Source of the DNA: Malacoraja senta
Lineage: Eukaryota
Direction of reading: 5' to 3'
Assembly (NCBI GenBank): GCA_038087875.1
Contig: JAXLNO010005457.1
Span: 62,001-126,000 of the forward strand
Length of the DNA stretch: 64,000 bases
A program made the translations under genes and the position numbers. Positions 11,116 through 25,290 of the stretch are shown here, piece by piece. The notes below the pieces were generated by a model that saw only the letters and a list, made by a program, of their open reading frames with translations, was not told the origin of the DNA and did not search any database. How positions within the stretch are numbered: the first letter of the stretch is position 1; each line of letters begins with the position of its first letter.

Positions 11116-12336
11116 NNNNNNNNNNNNNNNNNNNNNNNNNNNNNNNNNNNNNNNNNNNNNNNNNNNNNNNNNNNNNNNNNNNNNNNNNNNNNNNNNNNNN
11201 NNNNNNNNNNNNNNNNNNNNNNNNNNNNNNNNNNNNNNNNNNNNNNNNNNNNNNNNNNNNNNNNNNNNNNNNNNNNNNNNNNNNNNNNNNNNNNNNNNNN
11301 NNNNNNNNNNNNNNNNNNNNNNNNNNNNNNNNNNNNNNNNNNNNNNNNNNNNNNNNNNNNNNNNNNNNNNNNNNNNNNNNNNNNNNNNNNNNNNNNNNNN
11401 NNNNNNNNNNNNNNNNNNNNNNNNNNNNNNNNNNNNNNNNNNNNNNNNNNNNNNNNNNNNNNNNNNNNNNNNNNNNNNNNNNNNNNNNNNNNNNNNNNNN
11501 NNNNNNNNNNNNNNNNNNNNNNNNNNNNNNNNNNNNNNNNNNNNNNNNNNNNNNNNNNNNNNNGTGAGTGTGTGTGTGGGTGTGTGTGTGTGTGTGTGTG
11601 GGGGGGGGGGTGTATGTGAGTANNNNNNNNNNNNNNNNNNNNNNNNNNNNNNNNNNNNNNNNNNNNNNNNNNNNNNNNNNNNNNNNNNNNNNNNNNNNNN
11701 NNNNNNNNNNNNNNNNNNNNNNNNNNNNNNNNNNNNNNNNNNNNNNNNNNNNNNNNNNNNNNNNNNNNNNNNNNNNNNNNNNNNNNNNNNNNNNNNNNNN
11801 NNNNNNNNNNNNNNNNNNNNNNNNNNNNNNNNNNNNNNNNNNNNNNNNNNNNNNNNNNNNNNNNNNNNNNNNNNNNNNNNNNNNNNNNNNNNNNNNNNNN
11901 NNNNNNNNNNNNNNNNNNNNNNNNNNNNNNNNNNNNNNNNNNNNNNNNNNNNNNNNNNNNNNNNNNNNNNNNNNNNNNNNNNNNNNNNNNNNNNNNNNNN
12001 NNNNNNNNNNNNNNNNNNNNNNNNNNNNNNNNNNNNNNNNNNNNNNNNNNNNNNNNNNNNNNNNNNNNNNNNNNNNNNNNNNNNNNNNNNNNNNNNNNNN
12101 NNNNNNNNNNNNNNNNNNNNNNNNNNNNNNNNNNNNNNNNNNNNNNNNNNNNNNNNNNNNNNNNNNNNNNNNNNNNNNNNNNNNNNNNNNNNNNNNNNNN
12201 NNNNNNNNNNNNNNNNNNNNNNNNNNNNNNNNNNNNNNNNNNNNNNNNNNNNNNNNNNNNNNNNNNNNNNNNNNNNNNNNNNNNNNNNNNNNNNNNNNNN
12301 NNNNNNNNNNNNNNNNNNNNNNNNNNNNNNNNNNNN
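11116..12336. other. Assembly gaps (N runs 11116-11563 and 11623-12336) flanked by GT/G-rich simple repeats
   Basis: Seen directly; ORF-track entries spanning these gaps are artefacts. Confidence 1.
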
Positions 12337-12439
12337 TGTGTGTCTGAGTGTATGTGTGTGTTAGTGGGAGGGTGAATTTTATAAATGAAGTTAAAACCAT
12401 TAGATCTGTTGAACTTGTTAACAGACTATTGACTTGGTA

Positions 12440-12598
12440 ACCTGTTTCCAAATGTTTGTGTTAGCTTCAGAATACTATTAACAATTCCAGCAACAGTAGC
12501 TTCTGCAGAGGTCATTTAGCAAACTCAAGCTGATTAAGAATTATTTAAGGTCGACAATGTCTCATGAACGTCTTGTGGATTTGGCCAGGCTAAGTATT
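12440..12598 (+). pseudogene. hAT C-terminal dimerisation domain fragment (ZMYM1-like group)
   Basis: LFPNVCVSFRILLTIPATVASAE / (frameshift) SFSKLKLIKNYLRSTMSHERLVDLARLSI. Confidence 0.85.
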
Positions 12599-12960
12599 CA
12601 AAGTTAAAGTCAGTTTTATTCATCACATACACCCGAAGGTGCAGTGAAGTGAATTTGCCAGCAGTGATACATGTAAAAAGAACACACAATACACAATAAA
12701 ATTGAACACAAACATCCACTACAGCATTCTTCACTGTGGTGGAAGGCAACAAGTTTCAGCAAGTCCTCCATTGTTCACCCGTGTTCGGGGCCATAACCCC
12801 TCCGTAGTCGCCGCTAGGGACGGCCCGATGTACGTCGGGATGATCCAAACTCCGACGTTGGGACGGACAAACACACTCTGCGGCTTGGAGGTCCCGACTC
12901 GGCACTTTCCTACTGGAGACCGCAGCTTCAGGATGTTATAGGCCACAGGCCAGCGGTTTT
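12599..12960 (-). mobile_element. Non-autonomous LINE-derived (Rex-Babar/L2-like tail) element, family copy 1
   Basis: Short-repeat tail + tttatt, conserved hairpin block acatcca...cactgtg.tggaaggca, GC-rich body. Confidence 0.55.
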
Positions 12961-13406
12961 GCGGTTAAATATAAAAGGATGTTTCAATGTGAATTCTTTC
13001 TCCTTATCTGTATTGTAGCATAAACAAAGATGTTCAAAACAAAGGTAGATAAAATGCTGGAGAAACTCAACGGGTGAGGCAGCATCTATAGAGTGAAGGA
13101 AGACAAATGTGCTTGCTGATCCTTTTATGTTATTTATATTTATTTATATTTATCATGGAGGGTGTATAGGGGCATAAGGCCTCAAATGCAGAAAATCAAC
13201 AGAGCGCCCCATCCCACCCCTCTCTCATCTTCCATACCCCTTTTTGCCGTGCAGGCTACAGCTCATGGCATAAAACTGTAGCATAGTGGATAAAAACAGG
13301 ATGACTAATGGAGAAGGGAAGGGGGCCCAAAAGAAACTTTGTACCCACTGATAAAATTCCTGTGAGGCCCTGCGTATACACGCACAAACAGTGTGTGTTG
13401 TGAACC

Positions 13407-15159
<1,753 letters not shown>

Positions 15160-15364
15160 CTGAGCATTGGCAGACATGTTTTAATAAATCGGGCTGTTTT
15201 TTTTCAAATTTTGTTTTAGAGGTCACGGTACTGATCAAGAATGCCTGATGGGGTCGTGGGGCCAAAAAGATTAAGAACCACTGCTCTAAAGCTTAAAACT
15301 AAAGGGGCTAATAAAGGCCACAAAGTGGCTTTAGTGAGTCGGATTACAGAAAATCCCACATCTT

Positions 15365-16075
15365 TTTCATGGTTTCATGGTTAGTTTATTGTCACATATA
15401 CCAATTAAGATACATTGAAATGCAGACTACCATACACCATACAAAAAGAAAGCAACAAGACACACAATAACGTAAAAGTTAACATAAACATCCACAACAG
15501 AGGAGCCCGCACGTTCCTCACTGTGATAGAAGGCAATAAAGTCTAATCTCCTTCCTCTTTATCTCCCGCGGTCGGGGCAGTCAAACAATCTGCAGTCGGT
15601 GGTCGAAACCCCCGTTGAGGAATTGAAACTCCCGCGTCGGAGCGGTCGGAGCGGTCGAAACTCCTGCGGCTTGGAGGTCCCGGATGTTGGTCTCGACCGG
15701 GGACCGCGGGCTCCGCGATGTTAAAGTCTTGCAGGCTCTCACAGTTGGAGCCCTAAAGTCGATCCCCGACAGGGATTGCGAGCTCCATGATGGTAAGTCC
15801 ACAGGCTCCTGCGATGGATCTCCCGGTCGATCTCTAGCAAAGGCCACCATTCCTCAATGTTAGGCCGCATTGTGGACGGAGATACGATACAGAAAATATC
15901 ACATCTACGTCGAGGTAAGAGATTAGGAAAAGTTTCCCACAACTCCCCCAACCCCCACCCCCAAAACAAGCTAAAGAACACTAAAGAATATACATTTAAC
16001 ACGTACAAAACAGACACAAGGAAGGAAGGGACAGACATACTGTTGGCGAGGCAACCATTGCAGCAAAAGGTGGAT
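15365..16075 (-). mobile_element. Non-autonomous LINE-derived element, family copy 2
   Basis: (tttcatgg)n tail, hairpin block at 15491-15530, GC-rich body, 5' end resembling copy 3. Confidence 0.6.
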
Positions 16076-16204
16076 TGCTTAAGGATATAGAAGGGAATAT
16101 GTGCTTGGAGTTTGTGGATATAGGCGAGGTTTGGTTTCACCAAGGAAGACATGTAGAATAGTAAGGACCATTAATAGTAAGTACATCATAAAATCCTCCA
16201 ACAT

Positions 16205-17550
16205 TTTTGCCACCTCCAACGGGATCCCACTACTGGTCACATCTTCCCATCTCCACCCCTTTCTGCTTTCCGCAGAGACCGTTCCCTCCGAAACTCCCTG
16301 GTCAACTCGTCCCTTCACACCCAAACCACCTGCTCTCCGGATACTTTCCCCTGCAACCGCAGGAGATGCAACACCTGTCCCTTTACGTCCCCCCTCGACT
16401 CCGTCCAAGGACCTAAAGTCTTTCCAGGTGAGGCAGAAGTTCACTTGCACCTCTTCCAACCTCATCTACTGTATCCGCTGTTTCAGTTGTCAACTTCTCT
16501 ACATCAGTGAGACCAAGCGCAGGCTCGACGATCGTTTTGCTGAACACTTCCCCTCAGTCCGTCTTAGAAACATAGAAACATAGAAAGTAGGTGCGAGAGT
16601 AGACCACCAGGCCCATCGAGCCCGCACCGCCATTCGCTCATGGCTGAACACTAAACAGACACCCTTACCCACAAACAGTAGACACAAGACACAGAACACA
16701 AGACACTACCCTCCCCTTTATACCGCTATCACCCCTCTCCACCCCAAGAACCGCGTGATCTCCTGGGGGAGGCAAAAAACCGGATAAAAACCCAGGTCCA
16801 ATTCGGGAAAAAAATCTGGGAAATTCCTCTCCGACCCCAATCCAGGCGATCGACACTTGTCCAGGAGATCACTCAGGTCTTACTATACTAACCATACCTA
16901 GGTCCATATCCCTGCCCTCTCCCCGTAGCCCCTTATCCCCTTGGCAGCTAAAAAACCATCTATTTTAGACTTAAATATATTTAATGTTTCTGCTTCCACT
17001 GCTCCCTGGGGCAGTGAATTCCATAAATTAACCACCCTCTGGGTGAAGAAGTTCTTCCTCATCTCAGTTTTAAAAGAACCCCCCCTTATTCTACAACTAT
17101 GTCCCCTAGTTCTAGTTTCCCCGCTTACCCTACCCGATCTCCCGGTGGCTCAGCACTTCAACTCCCCCTCCCATTCCCAATCTGACCTTTCTGTCCTGGG
17201 CCTCCTCCATTGTCAGAGTGAGGCCCAGCCCAAATTGGAGGAACAGCACCCCATATTTCGCTTGGGTAGTCTATACTCCAGCGGTATGAACATTGACTTC
17301 TATAACTTTCGATAGCCCTTGATTTCTCTCTCCATCCCCTCCCCCTTCCCAATTCTGCCACCAGTCTTACTGTCTCCGCCGACATTCTATCTTTGTCCCT
17401 CCCCTGACATCAGTCTGAAGAAGGGTCTCGACCCAAAACAATGCCCATTCCATCTCTCCAGGGAAGCTGCCTGACCCGCTGAGTTACCCCAGCATTTTGT
17501 GTCTCTCTACGATTTTAACATCTGCAGCATCTGCAGTTCTTTCTTACACA
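16205..17550 (+). mobile_element. Penelope-like element (GIY-YIG endonuclease + terminal unit) split by a CR1 tail insertion
   Basis: FQVRQKFTCTSSNLIYCIRCFSCQLLYISETKRRLDDRFAEH (to ~16567) resumes as PDLPVAQHFNSPSHSQSDL...NIDFYNFR (17135-17315); hammerhead-like ctgaagaagggtctcgacccaaaac at ~17415. Confidence 0.88.
16568..17122 (-). mobile_element. CR1 3' end with an extra ~260-bp structured 3'-UTR segment
   Basis: (gaaacata)n tail; CR1 C-terminal sequence at 16905-17122; additional segment at ~16640-16905 absent from the CR1 tail at 4960-5090. Confidence 0.75.
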
Positions 17551-17674
17551 TGGAGAATCAATGTGGAGAATGCTAACATGCAGGGACACTTTGAAGTTAA
17601 GTAAGAAGGAGATGTTGGATCACTTGAAGAGAAATGTGGATAAATCCCCAGGACAGAGGCGGTGTAGTGGATGA

Positions 17675-17880
17675 TAATAATAATCGTTGAAAACATTAGT
17701 GCCGTGCTGGTTTCCAACGGGCACGGTGACGGACGCACCACACATCTCTGTCCTCCATGCAGCTGGCAAGCTCCTCTTTTGTCTCTACACATGCGTCTTC
17801 CATCAACGTCTTCAACATCGTCTTGAATGGCCATCCTGGGTCAAGTCTTCCATGGGTGGAAGACGCATGCCAGCAAACAG
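17675..17880 (-). mobile_element. RTE/RTE-X-like LINE 3' terminus
   Basis: C-terminal peptide LMEDACVETKEELASCMEDRDVWCVRHRAR followed by a (tat)n tail. Confidence 0.5.
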
Positions 17881-19310
17881 GCATGTCTGGCATTTAACGA
17901 GCATTGATGTATATATTGTAGACTTTCGTCCCAAATATCTTTCGTTATGGGTTGGCCTAATTCATTTTCCCATGTGTGTCTATATAAATCCGTCGGCGGG
18001 ACCTCACTATCTAAGAGGGTATTATAAATATGAGATATTAATTTTTCTGTATTAAGATTCAAGATTCAAGATTCAAGAAGTTTATTGCCATGTCAACTGA
18101 GTTGATAGGAATTTGACTTGCCATGCAGCACACAAATAAAGATTACAACAAAGAATTTAACAGTAAACATAAAAACATCCCCCCACAATGGTTCCCACTG
18201 TGGGGGAAGGCAGCAAAGTCCAGTCCCATCCCCAGTTCACCCATAGTCGGGGCCTATTGAGGCCTCTGCAGTCGCCGCTACGGCAGCCCGATGCCTCAGG
18301 CCCTCTCGCCGGATGATGAAGCTCCGGCGTCGGGTGAACACTCTCAGCGGCCCGGAGTGTCTGGAGCGGCTGCCTCCTCCCAGTAGACCGCGGCTCCCGA
18401 AGTCCACGAGCCGCGCTGGTCGATGCCCCGACTCTGTCGACCTCGTCGTCAGATCCCAGGCTCCGCGGTGTTCCAAGCTCAGCGCCGCTGGAAGCTCCAC
18501 TGACCGCAGACCGCAGCTCTGCGATGTTAGTGCTGGCCGTCACAGCACTCCGGAGCTTACTGCACGGCGACCCGGGTTAGGCATCGCCCGCTCCGCGATG
18601 GTGCTTCAGCGCTGTGCCGCCGCCGAAGCTGAAGTCCTGGCCGGTCCCGGCAGGAAAACGCCGCTCCAGCCTGCCCGTAGGCCGCGAGGAAGGGGCGAAG
18701 ATACGGCTCGGAGAAAAGCCGCATCTCCGACCAGGTAGGGACTGAGAAGAATAGTTTCCCCCTTCCCCCTACCCCCCCCCCCCACATAAAAAGACTAAAA
18801 GATCTCCAACCAACACTCTCAACTAACTAAAAATAAAAAAAAGAGTGAAAAAACTAACAGCTGCTGGCGGGGCAGCCATATTCGACGGCGCCCCCTGTTG
18901 ATGTTATTAGGATGTTTATTCAAACATTCATCAAGGATTTCTGGTTCCCTAGTTCTGTAATCTTGTGTATTTGATTTAATGTAATCTCTAATTTGTAAAT
19001 ATCTGAAAAAGTTATTTGAGTGTGGTCCGTAAATCTGTTGTAACCCCTGAAATTAAAGAAAAGTGCCTTTCCTATAAAGATGTCCCATCTTTTTAATTCC
19101 TTAATTTTTCCATTGTGTAAAGCCTTTATCCAACATGGAGGGTTTGAATAAAGGGTTGTTTATAATGGGGAGACAGAGTGATAAATTATCCAATTTTAAA
19201 GTCTTTTTTAATTGTTTCCAAATTCGTATACCACTATATATTATAGAATTTTCACTATAGGTTTTTTAATGCAATTTTGTGGGAGCAAACATAATCTAAC
19301 CAATTTCAAA
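17880..19310 (-). mobile_element. L1 ORF2 C-terminal fragment, interrupted by element 18058-18900
   Basis: EKLISHIYNTLLDSEVPPTDLYRHTWENEL..WDESLQYIHQCSLNARH closely parallels 41860-42040 of the + L1. Confidence 0.8.
18058..18900 (-). mobile_element. Non-autonomous LINE-derived element, family copy 3
   Basis: (aagattc)n tail, variant hairpin at 18178-18208, GC-rich body, 5' end ...ggcgccccctgttg. Confidence 0.65.
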
Positions 19311-19570
19311 AGGCAAACAGTCTTTCACTATTTTGTATGATTCAATGAGGTCCCCCCTTATTCTTCTAAACTCCAGCGAGTACAGGCCCACTGCCATCAA
19401 ATGGTCATTATATGTTAACCCATTCATTCCTGGGATCATTCTTGGACACCTCCTCTGGACACTCTCCAGAGCCAGCACATCCTTCCTCAGATATGGTGCC
19501 CAAAATTGCTCACAATGCTCCAAATGTGGCCTGACCGGCGCCTTATAGAACCTCAGCATTACATCCCTGT
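19310..19570 (-). mobile_element. CR1 RT C-terminal fragment
   Basis: ORF 19296..19733(-): RFYKAPVRPHLEHCEQFWAPYLRKDVLALESVQRR...SLEFRRIRGDLIE. Confidence 0.85.
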
Positions 19571-19894
19571 TTGACAGGGAGAAAGTGTAATTGATGTCTT
19601 TCATATTAGTTAACCATGGATTTTCTTGACCACAGTTGACAGCCCCTAATGGGATTGCATGTCTATCACACATCTCAAAAGAGCACAGCATTAAGCTTCG
19701 AAGGGCAAAATTTACACGAGTTGTGCAGGTCAAGTGTTTTTTTGCACAGAGAGAGCTTGATACCTAGAATGCGCTACCAGGAGTGGTGGTAGAGGAAGAC
19801 ATGATAATGGTGCTTAAGAAGGTTTTGGACAGGCTTGTGAATGTGCAGCGAATACAAGGATATGGATCACATGCAGGCAGTGGAAATCAGTTTT

Positions 19895-20175
19895 GGTTTA
19901 GTTTAGAGATAGAGTATGGAAACAGGATCTTTGGGCCACTGAGTCTGCACTGACCAGCAATTGCCCATTCACTATTTTTGTCCTACAAGCTAGGGACAAT
20001 TTACAGAAGCCAATTAACCTACAAACCTGCACGTCTTTTGTATTTGGGAGGAAACCGTAGCCCCCAGAGAAAACCCACAGGGTGACAGAGAGAACGTACA
20101 AACTCCGTCCAGACAGCACTCTAGTCAGGATCGAACCCGGGTCTCTAATGCTGTAAGACAGCCATTCTATCACTG
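19895..20175 (-). mobile_element. V-SINE copy
   Basis: Reverse complement of the V-domain core with a tttagttta tail. Confidence 0.75.
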
Positions 20176-20889
20176 TGCCACTGTGTTGCCTTAGTTTAAC
20201 TTGGTATCCTGTTCGACATGGACATTGCAGGCTGAAAGTCCTGTTCTTGTACTGTTCTATGTTCTATATATTCTCATTGGACAGGGCAGAGTTTTTCACT
20301 CCTCCAGCCTCCATGTTGAATACTTACTCCCAGTTTAAATCTGATTCAATTAGTCAATCCATTTCTCCCCCCCCCCTCCTGCCCTGATCCCCATTCTATA
20401 TCTTGAAGTAGTCATTCCCTTTTTCGCTCCCTGGTCTGTCTACTATCCCCACAACTTTCCTCTACTTTCCTGTCTTGGTGCATGCAACATCTATCCATTT
20501 ACCTCTTCCCTTCCTACTGTCCATAGACCCAGGCAGTTCTTCAAAGTGAAACAGCGTGAAACACTTGCACTTCCAGTCAAATCTACTGCATTTGGTTTTC
20601 ATGACGTAATCTTCCACATCGCATCAATGAAACAAATAGAATGGCTGCTTTCTGGAGAACCCGCATTCAATCCATGGGACTTTCTAAGATTCCTAATTCG
20701 TGCCACTTTAATTCTCCATTCAACACCCACCATGATCCATCCATCTGTACCTCTTACACTAGGATAACAAGGGTGAAAGTAACCTTGAGGACCAACAACT
20801 CAGCTTCTACCTTGACATGTTGCAGCCTTTCACACTCAATTCCACGTTCAACAAGTTGTATTCCCTGTCGATAAAAGAACTGGTCATTT

Positions 20890-21400
20890 CATAAGTTCAT
20901 GTTCATTTATTGTTACATACACCAATTGGTGTAGTAAAATTCACTGGCCAGGTCAGTCATACAATTTAAAAAAGCAACAGACTCAAAAACACATTTTGAC
21001 ATAAACATCCATCATAGTGACTCCTACACATTCCTCACTGTGATGGAAGGCGAAAATAAAGTTCCAAGTCCTTCCCTTGTTGTTCTTCCTTGGTCGGGGG
21101 CCTCGAGCCCCCCGTTGAACGGACGGTCTTGAGTCCCGTAGCCGGCGGCTTTCGGGCCCTCCGCGTCGAGGTGATCAGCTCCCGCATCGGGGGGATTGTC
21201 AGCTCCCCTGCACCGGGCGATCGAACCTCGCGTCGGGGCTGGACGAACCTTCTGTGGCGTTGGAGCTCCCGACTAGCCTCTCCCGAGACTGGGAGCCCTT
21301 GATGGTAAGTTCGCAGGCCGCGTTGGGAGCGATCCCAGGCAAGGGATCCGCTCCGATGGTAAGTCCACGCCCCGTGGTGGGGCTCACGACGGTCCTTTTC
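20890..21400 (-). mobile_element. Non-autonomous LINE-derived element, family copy 4
   Basis: (gttcat)n tail, hairpin at 21008-21047, GC-rich body similar to copy 2. Confidence 0.6.
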
Positions 21401-21660
21401 AACTGTTAAGTTGAAGTCAGAAAGAACAGATGCAAGAAGTATGAAGAAGGACACCAAGCTGAAACATTACGTAACCATGTCTTCCAGATGCTGCCTGAGC
21501 CACTGAGTTACACCTGCACATTTTTGTGTTTTTTTTAAATTACAGTAAAGTTATCCACCTGCAAAATCAGGACAGCCTGACCTACTTGAGTACTGCAGTA
21601 TGTGCTGCATTTTATATAACTCTGTTTAGTTTCATGCATGCAGAGATGCAGTGAAATGGT

Positions 21661-21751
21661 TTGGATGGAACAGCAGATGCTGGACACCCCGTCCCTTCTC
21701 TCCAGAGATGCTGCCTGTCCCACTGAGTTACTCCAGCTTTTTGTGTCTGTC
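21661..21751 (+). mobile_element. 91-bp PLE-derived unit with 15-bp direct repeats
   Basis: tgcagtgaaatggtt at 21646-21660 and 21752-21766. Confidence 0.75.
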
Positions 21752-22214
21752 TGCAGTGAAATGGTTGTTCTGCATTCTCCCCAGTCAAGTCATACTGTAC
21801 ATAAGTACAATTCGTCCTCTTCTGGAACAGCACGCAGAGATCCACCACATTCCAGGACTATCTTGCAGCTTCCAAGTCTCTGAGAAGTCTGATTTTGCCC
21901 TAAGGAAATACCCAATTTCACATTTTCTCATGTTAAGGCCCAGTGTCATAACAGCACTGGATTGATGAAGTAGAGGCGCCTGCCTCAGTTTAAGTTTTTC
22001 TGTTTCAAGATTGTGATCAAACCCTCGTCACTGGAACTGTGTCGCAGTGCCACCCATTACGTATCAGTCCCAATTATCTTTCAACATGCTGGAATCACTT
22101 GTTTTTTTATCCTTTTTAGACTTTTTTCATGAATTGTTCAGCATAAACAGTTATGCTACAGCAGTTAAGCGCAGCTACCACTTAGTTCCAGAGACGTAAC
22201 AACACAAGAGATAG

Positions 22215-22396
22215 TGTTGGAAGAATGATCAAACTCACACATAGTGGTTAGAATCCATAGTCTTTTATTAGTAACTCTGCAGAGGAAACACAAGGTGCTT
22301 TCTTCTCAGCATGCTTACTACCAGTCTACCAGAGAGAGAGAGAGCTGTCTAATAAGCCTGTGGGCGGAGCCACAGTATGAGTGACACTAATCTACA
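22215..22396 (-). mobile_element. Solo LTR (182 bp)
   Basis: TG...CA termini (minus strand TGTAG...CCAACA), AATAAA on the minus strand (~22263-22269), 5-bp TSD gatag (22210-22214, 22397-22401). Confidence 0.85.
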
Positions 22397-22429
22397 GATA
22401 GGCACAGGGATAAGTTTCGGTTTATTATT

Positions 22430-22725
22430 GTCACGTTTAGTTTCGAGGTACAGCATGAAAATAGGCCTTTTGGCCCACTGAACCTGTGCTGACTAACGAC
22501 CACCCAAATATTAGTTCTATCCTACACACTAGGGACAATTTACAGAAGCCAAAAAACTTACAAACCTGCACGTCTTTGAATGTGACGGAACTGTAGCACC
22601 CGGAGATAACTCACATGGTCACAGGGAGAATGTATGAACTCTATATAGACAGCACCCATTGTCAGGATTGAACTTTGGTCTGTGGTACTGTAAGGCAGCA
22701 ACTTTCCCTCTGCGCCACTGTGCTG
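22430..22725 (-). mobile_element. V-SINE copy
   Basis: Reverse-complement V-domain core and tRNA-like head. Confidence 0.7.
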
Positions 22726-24031
22726 CCCATGTACTGAGGTAGAGTGTAAAGCTTTGTTTTGCATGCTATCCAATTGGATGAGGTAACAAAATACATATAT
22801 ATGATCATCAAACTCAAGTACTGTAGGTAGAGCAAAGGGGAAGGTACAGAGTGTGGCATGTAGTTCTCAGCAATGTAGCACACCAGTTCCATTAGATAAG
22901 TGTTTCGACACGAAACGTGACACATTCCTTCTCTCCAGAGATGCTGCCTGACCCGTTGAGTTACTCTAGCATTTTGTGTCTATCTGCGGTTTAAACCAGC
23001 ATCTACAGTTCCTCCCTACATAGTTCTATAAACAAAGTCCACTGTCTTTAATGGGGTAGTGGTCAATTGGACAGTACCCTAGCTTATGGAACGATCATTC
23101 AGAAGCCTGATTTTCTCCTCGGTTATTAAGTTTCCGAGTAAGCCATTTGGTCCTCTAACCTGCCCACCATTCAATATGACCATGGCTGACGTTCCTCAGG
23201 CATCAACTCCTGTTCGATATCAGTTCCTCATTGCACTCAGTTCTCCAATTTAAGTTTAATTAAGTTAACTAACGCCACATTAAATGCTTCCAATGATTTT
23301 GTCTTCACAAATCTCTGGCGCCAGAGAATGACCACACTCTGCAAAAAGAGATTTTGTAAACAAATGACTGGTCTCTTTTATCTCTTATTGAAGAGGAGTG
23401 AAAATACTGCCAATTTTAAGCTTGTCCCCTCCCCAATTGACCCTCATTTCGTAACTTGTCAATTATTTATTATTGTCAATAATATGCCCTAGTGAAAAGA
23501 TTTGCCGATGGTATTAGTTTATTATTGTCACATGAACTGTGATATAGTCAAAAGTTTGTCTGTGTGTTATCCAATCAGATCATACTACACATGTGCAATC
23601 AAGCCATCCACAAGTAGAACAGTGCAAAGAGAAAAATTCTCAGAGTGCAGAATATCGGGTTACAATATCATAGCATTACAGTTACAGAGAAAGTGCAGAT
23701 CAAAAAGAGTTGCAAGGATCACAATGAGATTGGTTGGAAGATCAGGGCAACATCTTATCTTACATGAGAACCATTCAGTAGTCCAATAACAGTGGGGAAG
23801 AAGCTGTTCCTGAATTTAATGGTACGTACTTTCAAACTTTCTTGTGTACTGTCTTAACAGGGAGCGTGCGATCCCTTTTAAACCACGTGGTTGGTTGATG
23901 GTGACGAAAGAGGCAAAATGGGGCAGATGTGGACAGTAACTTGGTTGTTGTAGTGGACTGAAGAATATTTTGTGGTGGGTGACTGTGCAAGTTTTACTGA
24001 AGATGAAAATAACCATCTTACTGTCTTGTAG

Positions 24032-24298
24032 TTTCCCCTGAGGTCACTCTCGCTGCCCGCCCTGATGATCATTCAGTCCTGTACTGCACTGTGTTTGGAT
24101 TTTACCCACCGGCCATCAATGTCAGCTGGTTGCAGAATGGTCAACATGTCTCTGAGACCAAATCTTCTGGGGTCATACCCAACAACGATGGAACATATCA
24201 TCTAAGGTCTGTCCTTGAGTATGATCCGTATGATGGGAAACAGTATTCCTGTCATGTCGATCACAGCAGCCTGCCCGGTGGGAAGACCATCATCTGGG
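24032..24298 (+). CDS. MHC class I-like heavy chain, C1-set Ig (alpha3-like) exon
   Basis: ttgtag|...|gtaaga, phase 1/1, 267 nt open: (V)SPEVTLAARPDDHSVLYCTVFGFYPPAINVSWLQNGQHVSETKSSGVIPNNDGTYHLRSVLEYDPYDGKQYSCHVDHSSLPGGKTIIW. C-x54-C, GFYP, W, PNxDGTY, YSCxVxHSSL and terminal W are class I alpha3 hallmarks. Confidence 0.88.
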
Positions 24299-24614
24299 GT
24301 AAGAACGTTAAATATTCTTTCATAGATAATCATTATCTTCTGTTGTTTCCATTTTAATCATCATGAATACATCCCATATTCCAAGATGCTTAAACTTTCT
24401 TTGTTTAGTGGTGTTGCTCTAAGTAATCACGTAATCAGCACCCACTCTCCGCATGAGCAGAAGACTTTGTCAACAGAACATTTATCAAAAGTAAATAAAT
24501 AACTAATATATAAGGAAGGAGTATTTGAGATTCTCAGTGGTGGAACTGAAATCTATGAAAGGTATGTTTAAATAAAAAATGAATCTTTCCTCATGATGTG
24601 ATTAACAGCAAGGC

Positions 24615-25290
24615 ACTGGGGGAGTACATGCCCCAATCTGAATCAATGGTCCGAAGTGGAAATGATTGAGAGCTTCATGTTCCTTGGCATGAATTTATCC
24701 AATATTCTGTAAAGGACTGACCACATAGCCAAGGAGGCACACCGACACCTCTACTTCCTCAGGAGACTGAGAATATTCATCATGTCTCTGGTGACTCCAG
24801 CAAACATCTATAGATGCCGCTAGAGAAAGCATGTTGTTGGGTTGCATCACATCTTGATTTGGGAACTGCACTGCCCAAGACTGCAAGAATATACAAAGAG
24901 TTAAAGATCATCACACAGGCCAGACTTCCCACTATTGGCTCAATCTACACTAGGTTGCCTTGGAAAACGAGACTTATCCCAACCTTCCTCCTTCTTGCTC
25001 CCATCAGGCATTAGGTACAGAAAGTTGAAAATATGCACTGCCAGACTCAGGAACACCCCCTTTCCACCTGTTAACAGGCTTCGGAAGGGTCCTTCCATAA
25101 TGTAGGTTTAATGCCCGATTCACCTCAACCTCATTGAACATTGAACATTGTCCATGGAACTGATGTGTTACAATGCTGAGAACTATATTCTGTACTCTGT
25201 ATCCTCCTCTTTGCTCTATCTATTGTTTTTGAGTTTGTATTTATGTATAGTTTTATAATTTGTTTGGATAGCATACAAAACAAACTTTGC
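24615..25290 (+). mobile_element. Rex1/Babar-like LINE 3' fragment, decayed
   Basis: cacctctacttcctcaggagactgaga (HLYFLRRL) and related RT C-terminal remnants, followed by a 3' tail. Confidence 0.6.

Larger units (their letters stand above)
7099..13372 (+). mobile_element. Second hAT transposon nested in the Buster element
   Basis: Ends cagggcct... / ...aggccctg; perfect 8-bp TSD cgtataca (7091-7098, 13373-13380); contains a hAT dimerisation-domain remnant. Confidence 0.9.

Noticed and set aside
10921-12451. Long ORFs of 166-478 aa in the ORF track
   Set aside because: They run through N gaps and simple repeats.
18157-18787. Overlapping 76-141 aa ORFs in GC-rich repeat bodies (also 15581-16152, 21035-21457)
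   Set aside because: Low stop density from GC content; no motifs; they lie within a non-coding repeat family.
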